Below are positions 1 through 13,747 of a stretch of 64,000 nt of DNA, one piece after another. Below the pieces are notes generated by a model. It did no database searches. It worked only from the letters and a program-made list of their open reading frames with translations, and was not told the DNA's origin. Origin of the DNA: Octopus bimaculoides (Eukaryota); contig NC_068981.1 of the NCBI RefSeq assembly GCF_001194135.2, positions 52,679,225 to 52,743,224 of the forward strand, given 5' to 3'. Every line of letters starts with the position of its first letter. Position 1 is the first letter of the stretch. Both the position numbers and the translations under genes were made by a program.

Positions 1-199
1 GTTTATTAGTTAGATGCTCAGGAAGAATGGAAAAGTCTTTGACATTTCAAGCCTACACTTTTCAACAGAAAGAATTGAGAGGGAAAAAATGAAGAGAGAA
101 CAAAAAAAAAAAACATGTATATGCATATGCATGTGCATATATGCATGGGAAATGGCATTGCTCAATATACAGAAAAGGAGTAAGTAGAAATTTCATATG

Positions 200-790
200 G
201 TATACTCAGAGGAGGTATGGTGGAATCTTAGCAGGTTAATAAAGAAAGATTTTGTTTGTAGTAGATGTGCAAGAGCAATGAACAGTAAAAGCACACACAA
301 CATAATTTCTCCTTAATGACCATGAAGATCTCTAGAAGTAGAAAATAGCTTTATCCATGTAACCTAATTAGTAGTGGAAAATGATGTTCAGAAAGTATAG
401 TTGCCATAGTATGAACAGGCTAGAGAAAGTTCAGAAAGTTTTCTCTCAGAGTGTAAGACAAACAGTATGATTTTTGTGTATGAACTGCAATGCTACATGG
501 CAGTGAGACTTGGGTACTAAATGTAGAGATCCTGTGAAGACCAAAAACAAATTAAGTGAACATATTCTGTTGAATATGAACTATTAGTGTCCATGAACAA
601 TGGAGCACAAATATATTGAGGCAAAATTAGGCTTTAAAAAAATGTGGTGAGTAACAAAGAAGACTGTGTTCGTACTGTGAGTGATGCGTATGGATGAGAA
701 TAGCTGTATAAAGAATTGCTGATCACTTAGTGTTTGGAATCTGGGGAAGAGAGAGACCTGGAAAGGTGTGAAGTGAAATGGAGAAGGCTA
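200..790 (+). mobile_element. Decayed RTE LINE ORF 3' portion
   Basis: Remnants FVCSRC, LEVENSF and TAMLHGSETW are colinear with the RTE fragment at 15170-15760. Confidence 0.7.
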
Positions 791-3304
791 ATCTCAGGAT
801 GTTGAGCCTCCTGAAGGAGATGACAAAAATTTGCTATATATAGACATAATATATAGGATATAATACAAATATCCACACACATTCATGCATGTGTGTGCAA
901 AGGGAGTATGTGTGTGTGTGTGTGTGTGAAAAGAAAAAGTCAGAAAATGAGGGATGACTGATACATTAAGAGATAAATTAATATGTATGTACAAAAATAG
1001 GTGAATCTATGTAGGACAAAAAGATAAATGAATGAGTAGATAAATAAATAAAATGAAATAAAAGAAATCCACACTGAGACAGAATATTGTGTATAAAGAA
1101 AACAAGCCTACTGTATACGATGACTAGAAATCAGTCATTAGCAACAATTTCTTTCTTTTGGGATTCTAATTTAAGGTTTGCCACTATCAATGTTGTGCCT
1201 TTGAAAGATAAGTCTGGAGAGATAAAAATTTTTCTTTTTTTTAATGATTTCATTGGAAGGCAGAGGGAGGGCAGCAGCCACGACTCTTTTCAGGGCTTCT
1301 GAATCTGGTGGAAGGAAGGGGAAAAAAAAACAACAACTTCAGTTGCAGTATTTGAGTCAGAGTCCTTTGCTAGCAGAGTGAGCTTTTCTACAAGCACCCA
1401 AGGGTCAGATAATGATGTTAAATTGAGCAATGCATGTTATGTTTGTAATATGGTCATAAAGAAAGGTTTGTTGTAAGTAAATATACATCACTTATTGTTA
1501 CATTAATATGGAAGATGTTCATGCAATACAAAAAGAGTAAATTTTATATGAAACAATGTATATTAAAAGTACAGGAGATCTTTATCAGAAAATTCAACAC
1601 TAGGCTAATTTTACTCGTCAATGCATATTCTTGTTGCTGTGTTACTGAGTTGTTGTATATTTCTTCATCTATTGCACCAGGTTGAATATGTAGCTGTGAG
1701 GATAGCCATGTGTCAAGAGCAAACTCCACCAAAGACTGAATTCCCTCAGCCCTTAATGTGCTAAAATGAGCTGTATTTTTAGGCTCTGTTCACAGAAAGT
1801 TCTAGTCATGCCACCAGACTATCATGTGAACAAAAGCTGTTGATTGGACTGAAATGGGTTTTGCACCATGATCAACTATATGATTTACATGAGGCCAAAT
1901 GTGGGGTCAAATCCAATTGTCATATGTTCAAGAAATGAGATGGTTAGGTGCCTCAGTACTTCAGCTAGGTCCTCATTGGCAAAGAATTCAAGTAGAAATT
2001 CTTCTGAGGGGAAGAACCTGGCATTCTTAGCAAAGAATTGAGTAGATCTGCTTATGATTTATAATGTAGTAAAATGACCAATTTTCTGTGAGATCTTTGT
2101 TCAAGCTACCTCTAGAATAATGACTGTGGAATTGTCATCCATAGTTAATCATTTCAATAGTCAACCAACTATGGTGACATATATGAGAAAAGATCAATAA
2201 AGTACATTGATGTAAAAAGAAACTAGGGTCGTATTACATAAGAACAGACAAGAGAAATCAAGGCCCTTGAATTTTCATGTTCAAATTACTTTATTATTTG
2301 CAATACAAACTTTAGTCAGCTAATTAGCTAAGCCAAATTATTTTGCATTTTCCAGAAAATTAGACAGAATGGTTATGCATACCTAATCTTTCTCTAAATT
2401 AGTGGCTATAAATTTTAATTTGGGAACAACATAAATTTGAAAGTAAAAAATAAAAAGAAAAGATATGGAGGTAAACTAAATTTCTAAACATTACGAATTG
2501 TTGCTAATGGAAAATTATGACATAGGAGATGACTAACCATTTCCTTGGGACAAATTGCAAGAAACCACTGACCAGTTCTCAGGATGGATCTAGATAGTCG
2601 CTAGGTATCAAAGAATAGTAGCTACAAGAGTTAAGTAATAAAATCAAAGGAGTGGGAGAAGAGGAGAAGCAAAGAATAATGTATATATATAAAACTGGTT
2701 GGATATAACATATCAGGCATATCTACATAGGAGAGAAGGGGATATGCCAATGTTTAGTCTCAGGAGGATGAAAGGTGTAAAGCACTCTGAATTGCAAAGC
2801 AGTGTATTTACATAAATCAGATCCCAAATTATTTCCACACCAAAACATCTAACCCACAGACTTTCTGCCTCCTCACTCTTACCTTTCAACAGCTATTGTT
2901 GTTTTTATATTTCAGAGCTGGATGGTCTCATGCCAGGCCCACCTCTCCAGGCCCACCTACCCCACTAGTCTCTCCCCATCTCATCACTCATGTTGTGTCT
3001 GCCATGTCTAGGAGTCACACTAACTACTATGCTTAGTTCTTCTCCAAAATTCTTTCTGAAATTCTCTCTGAATGTGTTTTTCTTGCAATTGTTCAAGAAG
3101 CATCAACCATATCAATCTCACTGTCTCAGATGGCTTGTGAAAGCTATAGGCATAGCCCCTTCCTTCAGAGCAAATGACTGAAAAAAAAATGCCAAACTAT
3201 CTGCACCAGTTTCAGTATCTACTCCTGGCACCTGGCTGTAATCAAGAACACCTGTACCACACAGCAAAAGTATTAAGATCGATCCTTCTGGTTGTGTAAA
3301 AGCA

Positions 3305-3573
3305 ACCATGTGGTGCCATGTAAAAGTGCTCGTGTAGTGACATGTATAAGTGCCCATGTGGTGACACATAGAAGTGCCTGTGCGGTGACATGTAAAAGTA
3401 CCTGTGTGGTGCCACATAAAAGCATCCAGTACACTTTGTAAAGTAGCTGGTGTTAGGAAGGGCGTCCATGCCAAATCAGATTGATGTTTGGTGCAGCCCC
3501 TCAGCTTGTTAGCTCTTGTCACACCATCCAACCCACACCAGCATGGTCATTGGACGTTAGATGATGATGATGA
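3305..3573 (+). mobile_element. RTE-type 3' tail with 24-bp tandem repeat
   Basis: Five 24-bp units, then taggaagggcgtcc...ccaaatcagat...ccaacccac.ccagcatgg...gacgtta(gat)n. Confidence 0.8.
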
Positions 3574-4353
3574 CAACTCTCACTCAGATCTCTGACAAAC
3601 ATATAGAGTTGAAAATAGTAGAAAAATGTCATTGATGGCTTATGCTCCATAGTGGAGTGAAGGACTTAAGTAAATAGTAAAAGACTAAAAGGTCCTCTCA
3701 ACCCTATGTTGCATGCAGTCAGTTACTAGCCATGTTGTTGAGTGTGCTGAGTGCATTTCATCATGGCATTAAGATTAATGAGGTCATCTTCTTTCCTACA
3801 CGAGTAAAAAGCACTCATTACTTTATGCTGTGTCTGTTCGTTCAATGCATCATGATCAACAAGGTGAACTGCAGGTAGAGAGATAACTGAAGAAAACCAG
3901 AATGAGTTAGTGAAGGTTGAAGAGATCAGAGTAGAAACGGAGTAATTAGAGTGAGGAGTGAAAGAAGAGGAGAAAAAGTATGTTGACTGTAAGGAAAGAA
4001 AGGGTGATTGTCAGATGTATTGAGTACAAGACGATGATATTAGGGGATTGAGCACAGGTAAATCCAGTACTATTCCTCATTACATAGGTGTCATATCACA
4101 GTGAGAGGCAAGAGGGTGAATGCCATTAGTGATAAGTGGGTTGGACCAATGCAATGACATCCTGACATATCAGCAGGTTGAGTGAATAGGAGAAGAGGTG
4201 AGTAATGGAGAGAAGAGTGTGTGTGTGTGTGCATGTGCTCCTTCAATGATGAGTGCAGTTACTCAAAGCTGGTTCTTTGAAACCATCAAGTATAAGTTTG
4301 TAATTTTTGTTACAGCTGACAAAGATATCCATGAATATCTGCTTGCCTCACTC

Positions 4354-4590
4354 AAGCTTAGGATGATAAGATAATTAAGCCTAGGATGATAGGATTTTTA
4401 AGCTTAGGATAGATAATGAAGCTTAGGATTGGATAATTAAGCTTTGGATAGGGTAATTAAGCTTATCATAGGATAGCAAAATTTGGTTTAGGATAGGATA
4501 ATTAAGCTTAGATTAGCCTTGGAACCATCCTCCTAAGCTTCATTATCCTATCATAAGTATCCTATCATAAGTATGCTATCATAAGTATCC
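4354..4590. repeat. Degenerate ~20-bp minisatellite (TAATTAAGCTTAGGATAG) with inverted unit and 14-bp repeats
   Basis: About 8 AAGCTT/AAGCCT-containing units; inverted copy at 4531-4547; (TATCCTATCATAAG)x3. Confidence 0.8.
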
Positions 4591-5339
4591 ACTGTATGTG
4601 TGTACAAGTGTGCATGTTTGTGTGATTGTGTGTGTGTGTATGTGTTTGTGTGTTCATGCATGTGTATATGCATGTATATGCATTTCATTTATAACTACAA
4701 TTACAAACCTATATCTACAGGTTTGTCTTTGCATGGGCAGGCAGATGTGGAGAACCCTTTGTGCAAACTGTCTTGATAATAAATGACTGAGTTCATTATT
4801 ATAGCTGGTGACTTAAACAGGTATATTAGGTAATGCCATGATGAATTCCATAGGGTACATGGAAGTTATGTCAATGGTATGATGAATGAGGAGAAAATTG
4901 GACAGAACGATGATTGTGGTTGCTGAGTCTTTCCTTGTTGAAGTAGCAAGTTCAGAGTAAGAGCTTAAATGGACTCAGAGATACAAGATTGCTTGAAAAT
5001 GTAAAATATGGCAACTTAAAGAGCCATTAAATAATCACAAGCTCAGAAAAGTAGTTGTTGAAGTATCTGACAAAGGAAGGAGGAGATGGAAACTTATATT
5101 GTAGAGGACACTTATGAATTCCTTTGAACAAACAACATGGTAAGAACTATAGACAAAGTCTATCATTGGGATAAGATATTAGCCAGATGAAAAATAACAT
5201 AGTGATGGAATAGTACTGTAGATAAAACCATAAATGCTAAGAGGCAGGCCTGAAAAGATAGGATAAAGGTGGTGCAGCAGAAAATTATACGAAATAGTTA
5301 GAAAAGAAGTTAGATGTTATGTATACTTAGCAGAAAAGT

Positions 5340-5680
5340 AAAGGTTTGCCAATATTTTGCAATGTGAAAAGCAGAAGCATGCACTTCAGATTACGAGGTA
5401 GTGTTTTAGAGAGAATTGAGACATCGTGGTGGAGAAGCGTTTTTGGAATGATTGTGACACACTTGCTCTTACTGATGTTGAAAAGAAAGAGGCATGGAAG
5501 AGTTATTAAGAGAGAATGGTGAAGTAAGAAAATGAAGAAAGAAAGAGAGAGAGAGAGAGAGAGAGACCAACTATTCAAACTGAGAGCAATATGGCAGCAA
5601 ATGTAATAAAGGATATGAAGGCAGAGGAAGGCAAAGGGTTTGGACTAGTTACCTGCATAGTTAATCAGATAGTCAATCAC
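5340..5680 (+). mobile_element. Decayed RTE ORF fragments
   Basis: LALTDVEKKEAWKSY and VTCIVNQIV resemble RTE pre-RT motifs; interrupted by (GA)n. Confidence 0.45.
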
Positions 5681-6596
5681 GAATTGCATTTTGTTTGACA
5701 AGATAGGATCTGTTTAAATGTGTGTAGATGATGGCTGTCCAAGCTTGCCTGTAGTCTGCTTAGCCATTTAGGGAGTGGAGCAGTGTAGTGACTGAGCCAA
5801 TCAGACAATGATAATAACCATCAGTGTGTGTATGGGCTGTCCATACTGGTCAACGAATGAGGAGAAAATTGTTCCTACACTATAGTCCAATCAAAAACTA
5901 AACATGGAAAGGCCACTTCAAGGCAGTAAATGTCTAGTGGGTGACCTTAGAGGCTAGTTTACCTTCAATCTCATGTCTCTGCTGTCCCTCTGCAGGTCTT
6001 TTCAAACTTAGCCATGGTTGTTGAGGATACAAACAAGCTGGTCTACAGGCAACATATGGTGAAATATCACTTATACTAAAGAATAACTGTTTCTTGCATC
6101 ATTTAGTTGAATACATTAATTTGCCATGATTTTAAAAATGAATTTAATTAACCTGGGTCAACTCAATCAATAAAAAATTTGCAACAACTACAACTTAGAA
6201 GCTTTATTGAGAGAAGACTATGATTGTGAAAATGTTAAGAACAATGGTCTTAAAAAAACAAACACACATTTCCTTCTCTTGTTTCCCAAGCATATCTAGC
6301 TCTTTGTTTAAAACTAATGCAAACTTGGTTGAATTAAAAACTTTTTACTAATTATAATACATACTAAGAAATTGACATAGTATTCATTGAATTATAGAAT
6401 CTCTGTGTTGAGCACTGTAAAATCAATCAACTTTATTGAATATATNNNNNNNNNNNNNNNNNNNNNNNNNNNNNNNNNNNNNNNNNNNNNNNNNNNNNNN
6501 NNNNNNNNNNNNNNNNNNNNNNNNNNNNNTATAAAAGTAGGGTACCATGGCTCAAGGCCAGTACTCTTAACAAAGAAACTAAATCATCATAGTAAT

Positions 6597-6646
6597 TTCA
6601 CAGTACTCTGGTTTCCTTCACAGTACTCTGGTTTCCTTCACAGTAC
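6597..6646. repeat. 20-bp tandem duplication (CAGTACTCTGGTTTCCTTCA) x2.5
   Basis: Exact copies at 6601-6620 and 6621-6640. Confidence 0.9.
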
Positions 6647-7780
6647 AAACATGAGCTAATGTAATATCTTCAGCTTTATAATATTTTAAATTCCAGTTAG
6701 AAAAGCTTATCTTAATTCATCCTATTTTTATTTTATTTACACTCAAATCTGTTCTTATCACAAAAAACAAACTTTTGTAATCAAACTAACTTTAAATTTA
6801 TTTTGTATTTTACAAGCTGCAACTGTGTAATATGACACAAAGTTATTTGCCTCGACAAAAAAATGGCACTAGAAAAAAAAAAATTAAACTTCCAGAAATA
6901 GATTAAACATTATCAGTTCACAGTTTTGACACAAGTTTCTTCAAAATAAACTGCTTATTATATTACAGTAAATGTGAAATCTTGTTTTAACACAAAATCA
7001 CTAAAAAGAAAAATTAAAGAAATAAATGAAAACTAACACCCCACATGGCCTTGATATTTCAAAATGTGAAACATCTGTTGCAAGCAATATATTATAGAAA
7101 ATAGGCTCAGAAAAACTGTTTTTCAAAACAGTAGGAAGAAACTGCCAAATTGATAACTAACTCTGGATATACAAAGTCAAAAAATTTGGTTTTATTGACT
7201 GAGTTACTAATGTAATATACAAAATAGGTTGTAGTATTTCTTTATCTCCCTTTATGTTCTAAGTTCAAATTCTGTTGTGATAAACTAGCTTTTCATCCTT
7301 CCAGGACCAAAATAATGAGTACCAGTAAAATATTGTAGTCAATATGATTTACAGTATCTGCTCCCAAAATTTGTGTGGGCTAGCACCTATCAAGGAAATC
7401 ATTATTATGTGTAACAAAGAAATATATTATCCATGAATTATAGAGATTGCAATGGATCATACAAAATGATAGATAAGATTGGGATTGATTTAAGAGGGGT
7501 TAGGGAGATTAAGATATATGTGGAAAAAATAATTGAGAAAAAGTTCTGTGAGATGGAAGATGTTATTCTGAATGAATACATATAAAATTTAGATAAAGAT
7601 TTATTGGAATAAAACAAGTATTATGAGTTGTGAGAAGCAGAGAAACAAATGTGAAGATTAAGTTTAAGAGGAGTGGAATACCAGTAATAAGATATAAGAA
7701 CAGAAGCAAGTGAAAATCTATCAACATTTATCAAATTAATATAGCCTATTATACATATTTTGATAGTTGTTTAGAATTTA

Positions 7781-7990
7781 AGGCGGTAAGCTTGTAAAAT
7801 CATCACCGTATGAGACAAACTGCTAAGTGGGATTTCTTTCAATTTTATGTTCTGTGTTCAAATACTTCCGGGGTCGACTTTGCTTTTTATCCTTTCAGAG
7901 TTGATAAAATAAGTACCAGTTGAGCACTGGGGTTGATATAATTGATTTAACCCCTCCCCTCAATTGCTGGCCTTGTGCCAAAATTTTAAA
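7781..7990 (+). mobile_element. tRNA-derived SINE family A
   Basis: aggcggtaagc...ttctgtgttcaaat (B-box-like)...gtcgactttgctttttatcctttc...aagtaccag...ggccttgtgcc; repeated many times in the window. Confidence 0.85.
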
Positions 7991-8508
7991 TACATATTTG
8001 TTCAGAATTTAACTTTGTCTGGATAGAATTGTTGAATTTATTAAGTAGACAACTAGCTCAATATTTTAAACTTTACATCAAACATATTTTTTGCAGAAGG
8101 GGAAAAGATTATAAGAATGAATTGAAATTGCCATGAATTTTAGATATCTGTATATTGATTTTGTAAATATTAATTTCTAACATACAAATATGGTCATACA
8201 TTTCTGTGAAAAGAACAGTCGATTATATCAACTTTGTTACTTTACTGGTACTTTATTTTATTGATCCTGGAAGGATAAAAGACAAAATAGACCTTGGAGG
8301 GGTTTGAACTCTGAATGTAAAACACAATATATCAGCAGGTATAATCAAAACTAATCAATCATTGAAAATCTTTGATGCTAAAAGTTTTAAGGTGCTGGTG
8401 TATCATGTCACAGTTGAATGATTTGAGTATCATTTCTTGTATTGCTTATTGCTCCAGTCCACATAGTCTTATATATCATCATCATCATCATCGTCATCAT
8501 TGTCGTCG

Positions 8509-8524
<16 letters not shown>

Positions 8525-8539
<15 letters not shown>

Positions 8540-8880
8540 TTAATGTCCGTTTTTCATACTGGCATGGGTTGGATGGTTTGACCAGAGCTGGCAAGCGGGA
8601 GAGCTGCACCAGATTTCAGTCTGATTTGGCATGGATTCTATAGATGCCCTTTTTAATGCCAACCACTTTACAGTGTGTGCTAAGTGCTTTTGGTGTGGCA
8701 CTGGCATAAGTGCTTTTATGTGGTACTGGCTTGAGCATTTTTTATGTGGTACCAGCACAGGGTTCTTGTTGGCCATTCCTCTTCATCAGGGGAGTGGCAT
8801 TAACATTTCTGCAATGAAGGATGGGTCTTCTTGAGTACAGCAAAGCACTAGATATCTTGGTCATTTGTCATCTCCTCCAA
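8525..8880 (-). mobile_element. RTE 3' end (ORF terminus + tail)
   Basis: Minus strand reads EEMTNDQDI..FAVLKKTHP, short VNTR, tail motif and (GAT)n at 8474-8536. Confidence 0.75.
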
Positions 8881-10483
8881 AAATATTTATATATATATTT
8901 ATATAACAGACATCAACGCAGTTTCTGCCAACCAAATTCACTCATATGGCATTGTTTACCCTGGGGCTATAGTAGATGACATTCACTCAAGGTGCTGCAG
9001 AATGGGACTGAACCCAAAACCCTGTAGTTTCAAAGTGAGCTTCTTAACTACCCAACCATTCATTTTAAAAGTATTGTGAGGGAGTTTACAGTTAATGTGT
9101 TTTAATGTGCAAGTGATGATAAAAAACAACAACCTATAGCAGGAAATACATAGAGGAAATTAGCTGATGTTTGGAGAAGGCTAGCTGAGCATTAGTAGAG
9201 GAAGTAATCTTTTAGTGACATGTAGCTGTATCAAAAGGCTACGATTTGAATGAAGAATAAGTTTTTCCTGAAATCAGTTTATACCTAAATATAATATTAT
9301 TTCCCTGTATATCAATCTGAATTAGATATAATTTTTGTACTTTTGAAAGAATAAAACGTTATGAAAGATGATACGATTTTTCCTATTGTTCATATATATT
9401 ATATTTATTTCACTTATTGTTTTGAACCGTCATTCATGGGAAGAGAATGAACTTTCCCCTTTAATGATGTGGAGCAAGCAGTAATTATGTAATTAGGTCT
9501 GAGTTATTTTTATATATTCTTTTCTCCTGCATAGCAATTCATTCCAGAACCTACTTCTCTAGTTCAGGAACTTGAAACTACAGGGACAATATTTGTATTT
9601 ATAATTTCACTACTGTAGTATGAATTATATGCAATACAAAACCCTACACTACAAATAGGGAGGTGCAATAATTGAAAGACTAATATAATTTTTTTCCTAT
9701 TTCAGAAATTGAAACACTTCTACAAGTGTGAAAGAGTGTTGTTAGGCAAAGCAAAATCACTTTATTTATAGGGTAAAAATCCAGAATCGAAGGGAAGTGG
9801 AAGTTCATAGTATTGCTCCAGTCAAGCTAATTGAAAATAGATACCCTTCTAAACTATATGTTTGGTATTCAGAAGTATACAGAGTGGAATAAAAAATACA
9901 CTCCAATAATTCCAAATGCCTCAATTGTTTGCAGTGTCCAACTCTATACCAAAGCAAATGCAAACATGAGAGAAAAAAAATCAAATATTCTGTCATAGAA
10001 TTCAAGTTTTTAGAAATTCATATATTCCAAACATTTTTATAGCTTGTTTAATGCAAAGTCATTTGAAACTCAAAGCTAAATCAAGTCTTTTCTTAAAGAG
10101 AAACCTAAATGGTGATAAGCAAAAACTATCTCCAGAGAATGCCTCCCTCACCAAATAAATAAATAAACAAACAAATGAATGAATAAATAAATAAATGAAT
10201 AAATTAGCAATTAGTAAATTTAGAGACATAGTACTGAATGTAAGGCATTTGTTTCTTTTAAAATCTTCCATTCTATTCTGCTTCCTTCTTATGTAAATAA
10301 TTTTTTCAAAAGAAGGGGAAAAAAAAACTGCATAGCCTAATGTCAAATCACTTCTGTCTCAAGGAAAATGACTGTAAGTCCAAAAGTATCAGAAGATACC
10401 TTTGAAATTAACTGTCACTTCCCTTGAGATTTTTCAGTCAATACTCTAGATATAAATAAATCAAAAAATTAGAAAGTCTAGAG

Positions 10484-10564
10484 CAGTGGTTCCCAACCTG
10501 TGGTCTGCATACCTCTGGTGGTCTGCAAAGGTCGTACTGGGAGTCCGTGAACTAAATTCGAAAC

Positions 10565-10618
<54 letters not shown>

Positions 10619-11020
10619 CCATGAAATATACCACTGACAATGGCAGAGTATTTTTTTTATACAAAGCCAGAAACCCAGGGTCTGGAATTACCCAGTTTTT
10701 ACTAGTTTATTTATCTTTTGTCTTTTCATCTTGTGCTGTATTGAATACTTGATGTGGTTTCACAGTCAGATTTTAACTGCTATTTCAAGCATGGTGGTAT
10801 TTCTTAGATACCCTTGTTGATAATTTTAATAATTATTATAACCTACAAGGTTTTTTCTTTCCATGTTGCCACTAGATTTGGTCGCTATTTAAAATAATCA
10901 TCTTATCCTTATATATATATATATATATATACATAAGGATAAGCATAATAAAAGGGGTCTGTGGAACAACTCATTTAAATAAAAGGAGCCCTTTGGTAGT
11001 GAAAAGGTTGGGAACCACTG
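10484..11020. mobile_element. Non-autonomous hAT (Charlie-like) MITE
   Basis: Perfect 16-bp TIR CAGTGGTTCCCAACCT and perfect 8-bp TSD GTCTAGAG (10476-10483, 11021-11028). Confidence 0.92.
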
Positions 11021-12604
11021 GTCTAGAGTATATGTAAAGCATGAAATATTGAAAGTTAAATACTTTAAATCTGACTCTCAGACATAACTTCTTAACTAAG
11101 TTTGAAGATGAGTCAAGAGGTATCATCTACAGAATCTCTTGACCCTGCAAGAAATATTAGCTAAATCTCCCTGGAATCACTTCTTATCGTCTAAAAATCT
11201 TGGATAATATAGTTCAATGTCAGATAAAATAACAAGCTGGTCAAAATGGAAGGAAAACAGAAATTAAAAGATGATAATGGTGATGATGGAAGTTTGGTTT
11301 GATCAGACATGAACTAGGGCTAACAATAAAAATAGCTACTAATTTTGTTAACAAACTCATTAAAATTTACTTTCCCTTACTCCAGGAATTAGTTTCTTTG
11401 TTTTGTATACTAATGCTCAAATTTATATTTTATGTTTGTTTTATATATTTTTTTAAAGAATTAAAGTAGTTGTTTAGAGGTAGAGTAGAAAAATTCCTGC
11501 TTTGATTAAATTCTTAAACCAGCATGTTTCATTACATTGACTAAAAGAACTGTCCAACCACATTGATATTGAATACAATCTCATCTAATCCATACCTACA
11601 TGGTAGAATATGTGTTAAAGTAATTTATAGTTATTCAATATCCTTTTTTCCAGTTTGTTCAAACCACTAGTATACACTGTTGTCAAAAGTTGCTTCTTGA
11701 TGATTTTTAGCTGAGTGAAATAGTCAAAACAGATGTTAAGGATTTTTTCTACATGCTGTCTTAAATCTCATTGCATTAACATGTTATCACTCATAATATT
11801 ATTCTAATTGTTGTTCTTATTTAACCCTTTAAAAACAGTCTAATCATGACCATCCAGTTTTGTATTTTTCCATACGTAGTGTTGTATCTATTGTGTATTA
11901 TCTAATACGTCATTCCACTTTTTAAGAGGAAGGATGTATGATTTGAAAGAAATTTGGCTGATGTTTCTAGCAGATCAAGTGACTACTTTGTGTATTTTCT
12001 TTAAGTTATTAATCTTAAATAGTATAGCATTAATTCCATTTCCTGTGATGGATGTATTTTACACTGATTATGTGTAGCCAGGATTTAATTTTACAAAAGA
12101 AGGAGATATTCTATGAGTTTGATATCCTGTAAACTTTTCCACTGAAAATGAAAATAATGACTGCATAAAATACAAAGGTCAGTTGAATCACAGAAAGATT
12201 CTACTTATTTTTCTAAGTTCAATGTACATTATTATTTTCTAAGTGCTTCTACTCCGATCCTATGATACAACATTCTATAAGCTTTTCACATAAACTGAAA
12301 GTGATGAATGTATAAAAAACAAAGGCCTATTGTATCTCTGAATGATTTTGCTTATTTTTCTAACTTCAAAGTTATCTCCAAGTGTTTCTACTCTGGGCCC
12401 ATAATATCTGGTATATATAGCTTCTTTATGTATGTCAATAGTCACTCTGTCAATATGGGGATGTCAGATATCTATCTGTCTATCCGTCTGTCTGTCTGTC
12501 TCACATACACATGCATGCACACATAAATATATGTGTGTGTGTGTGTATTCTGAGACATCCATATACTGGCAGAGTGACTATTGACACACACACACACACA
12601 CTTG

Positions 12605-12640
<36 letters not shown>

Positions 12641-12879
12641 TATATATTAAAACTTTATGATTATAGCAATCCTCATTATCATTTTTCAGTGTTTTTCTTT
12701 CTCTTTATAAATATTTTGAAGTCAATATACAATATTTTATACACTTTTATTTTTAAAAGATGGTTCGAAAAGGTTACTCTGGATCTTATATATGAAGTTG
12801 GGCTTCCCACAAGCTTTAATGCACTAAGAACTGTTGGGATGTATCCAATATGCCTACAGTTCTTTTATGCCATCAAATA

Positions 12880-13747
12880 CATGGTGTTCAGGCTAAATTT
12901 GAGAATGTTTTGTCTTTGTTTTTTCAAGAATGTATTGATGTATTGGTGAACAGTCAACAGCATTGAAGAGCATAAAGATTAACATTGTAATTGAGAATAA
13001 ATTAGCTGACATGGAAGACTGGAGAAGAGTTATCTATATCCTGATGAGGGTATCAAGTTGCTGACATTATGACTGAAGCTCAATGCTCTGTGAACACTGT
13101 AAAAGTTGTAAGATGTAACATGGACTGTTACAACTAAAACTACAAAGCCGTGGCCAGCAGGAAAGGACACAGCAAGTATTCTGTGTTCACAAACTGGAAT
13201 TCATCCCCACATCTTTGAACAGAGCTTTAGGCTTAAATCAGATAGCTAAGTGAAGCTACTGGATACCGTGGTCAATCCTTGGCTGGAAGGGAATGCTGCT
13301 GGAAGCCCGTATGTATGGCAGCAGGATTTAACTCCTTGCCATATCTTCAGAAAGAGTCAAAAGTGGTTGTCAGAAAATATCTACAACTCCACTAGTCCCA
13401 ACTTCTGGCCTCCTGACTCCCCCAATTGTAACCTCATGGATTACCATGTGTGGGGTGCAAGTGAGAAAGACACCAACTGCTCTGCCTGCAACACCAAAGC
13501 TGACCTTGTGGCCAAGATCAAAGATGTGTTTGAAGATCTTCCCAGGGGCACAGTGTGAAATGTTTACAACAGGTTCTGGAGCCATCTTGAGACTGTGGTG
13601 CAAGCTGTGGGCAACTATTTTGAATAAACTGTTATCTCCCAGCCATAATCTAGTTGATATTTCTTTATTCTTTAAAACACTTTTATTTTTGGATTGATAT
13701 TGTTTTCTTTTCCTATCATACAAACAAATTTAGTTCAAACACTCCCC
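12880..13747 (+). mobile_element. maT (DD37D) Tc1/mariner-superfamily element, internally deleted
   Basis: YVWQQD (13325) and MDY (13439) are separated by 37 codons, with a WPPDSPNCN motif. Degenerate TIRs CATGGTGTTCAGGCTAAATTTG ... CAAATTTAGTTCAAACAC with flanking TA. Confidence 0.82.

Noticed and set aside
1544-2050. Possible LINE endonuclease motifs (DTWLSS, LLEFFAN)
   Set aside because: The motifs are weak and in the wrong order for a single element.
12581-12949. THTHTH/CVCVCV ORFs here and throughout
   Set aside because: They are translations of (CA)n/(TG)n microsatellites.
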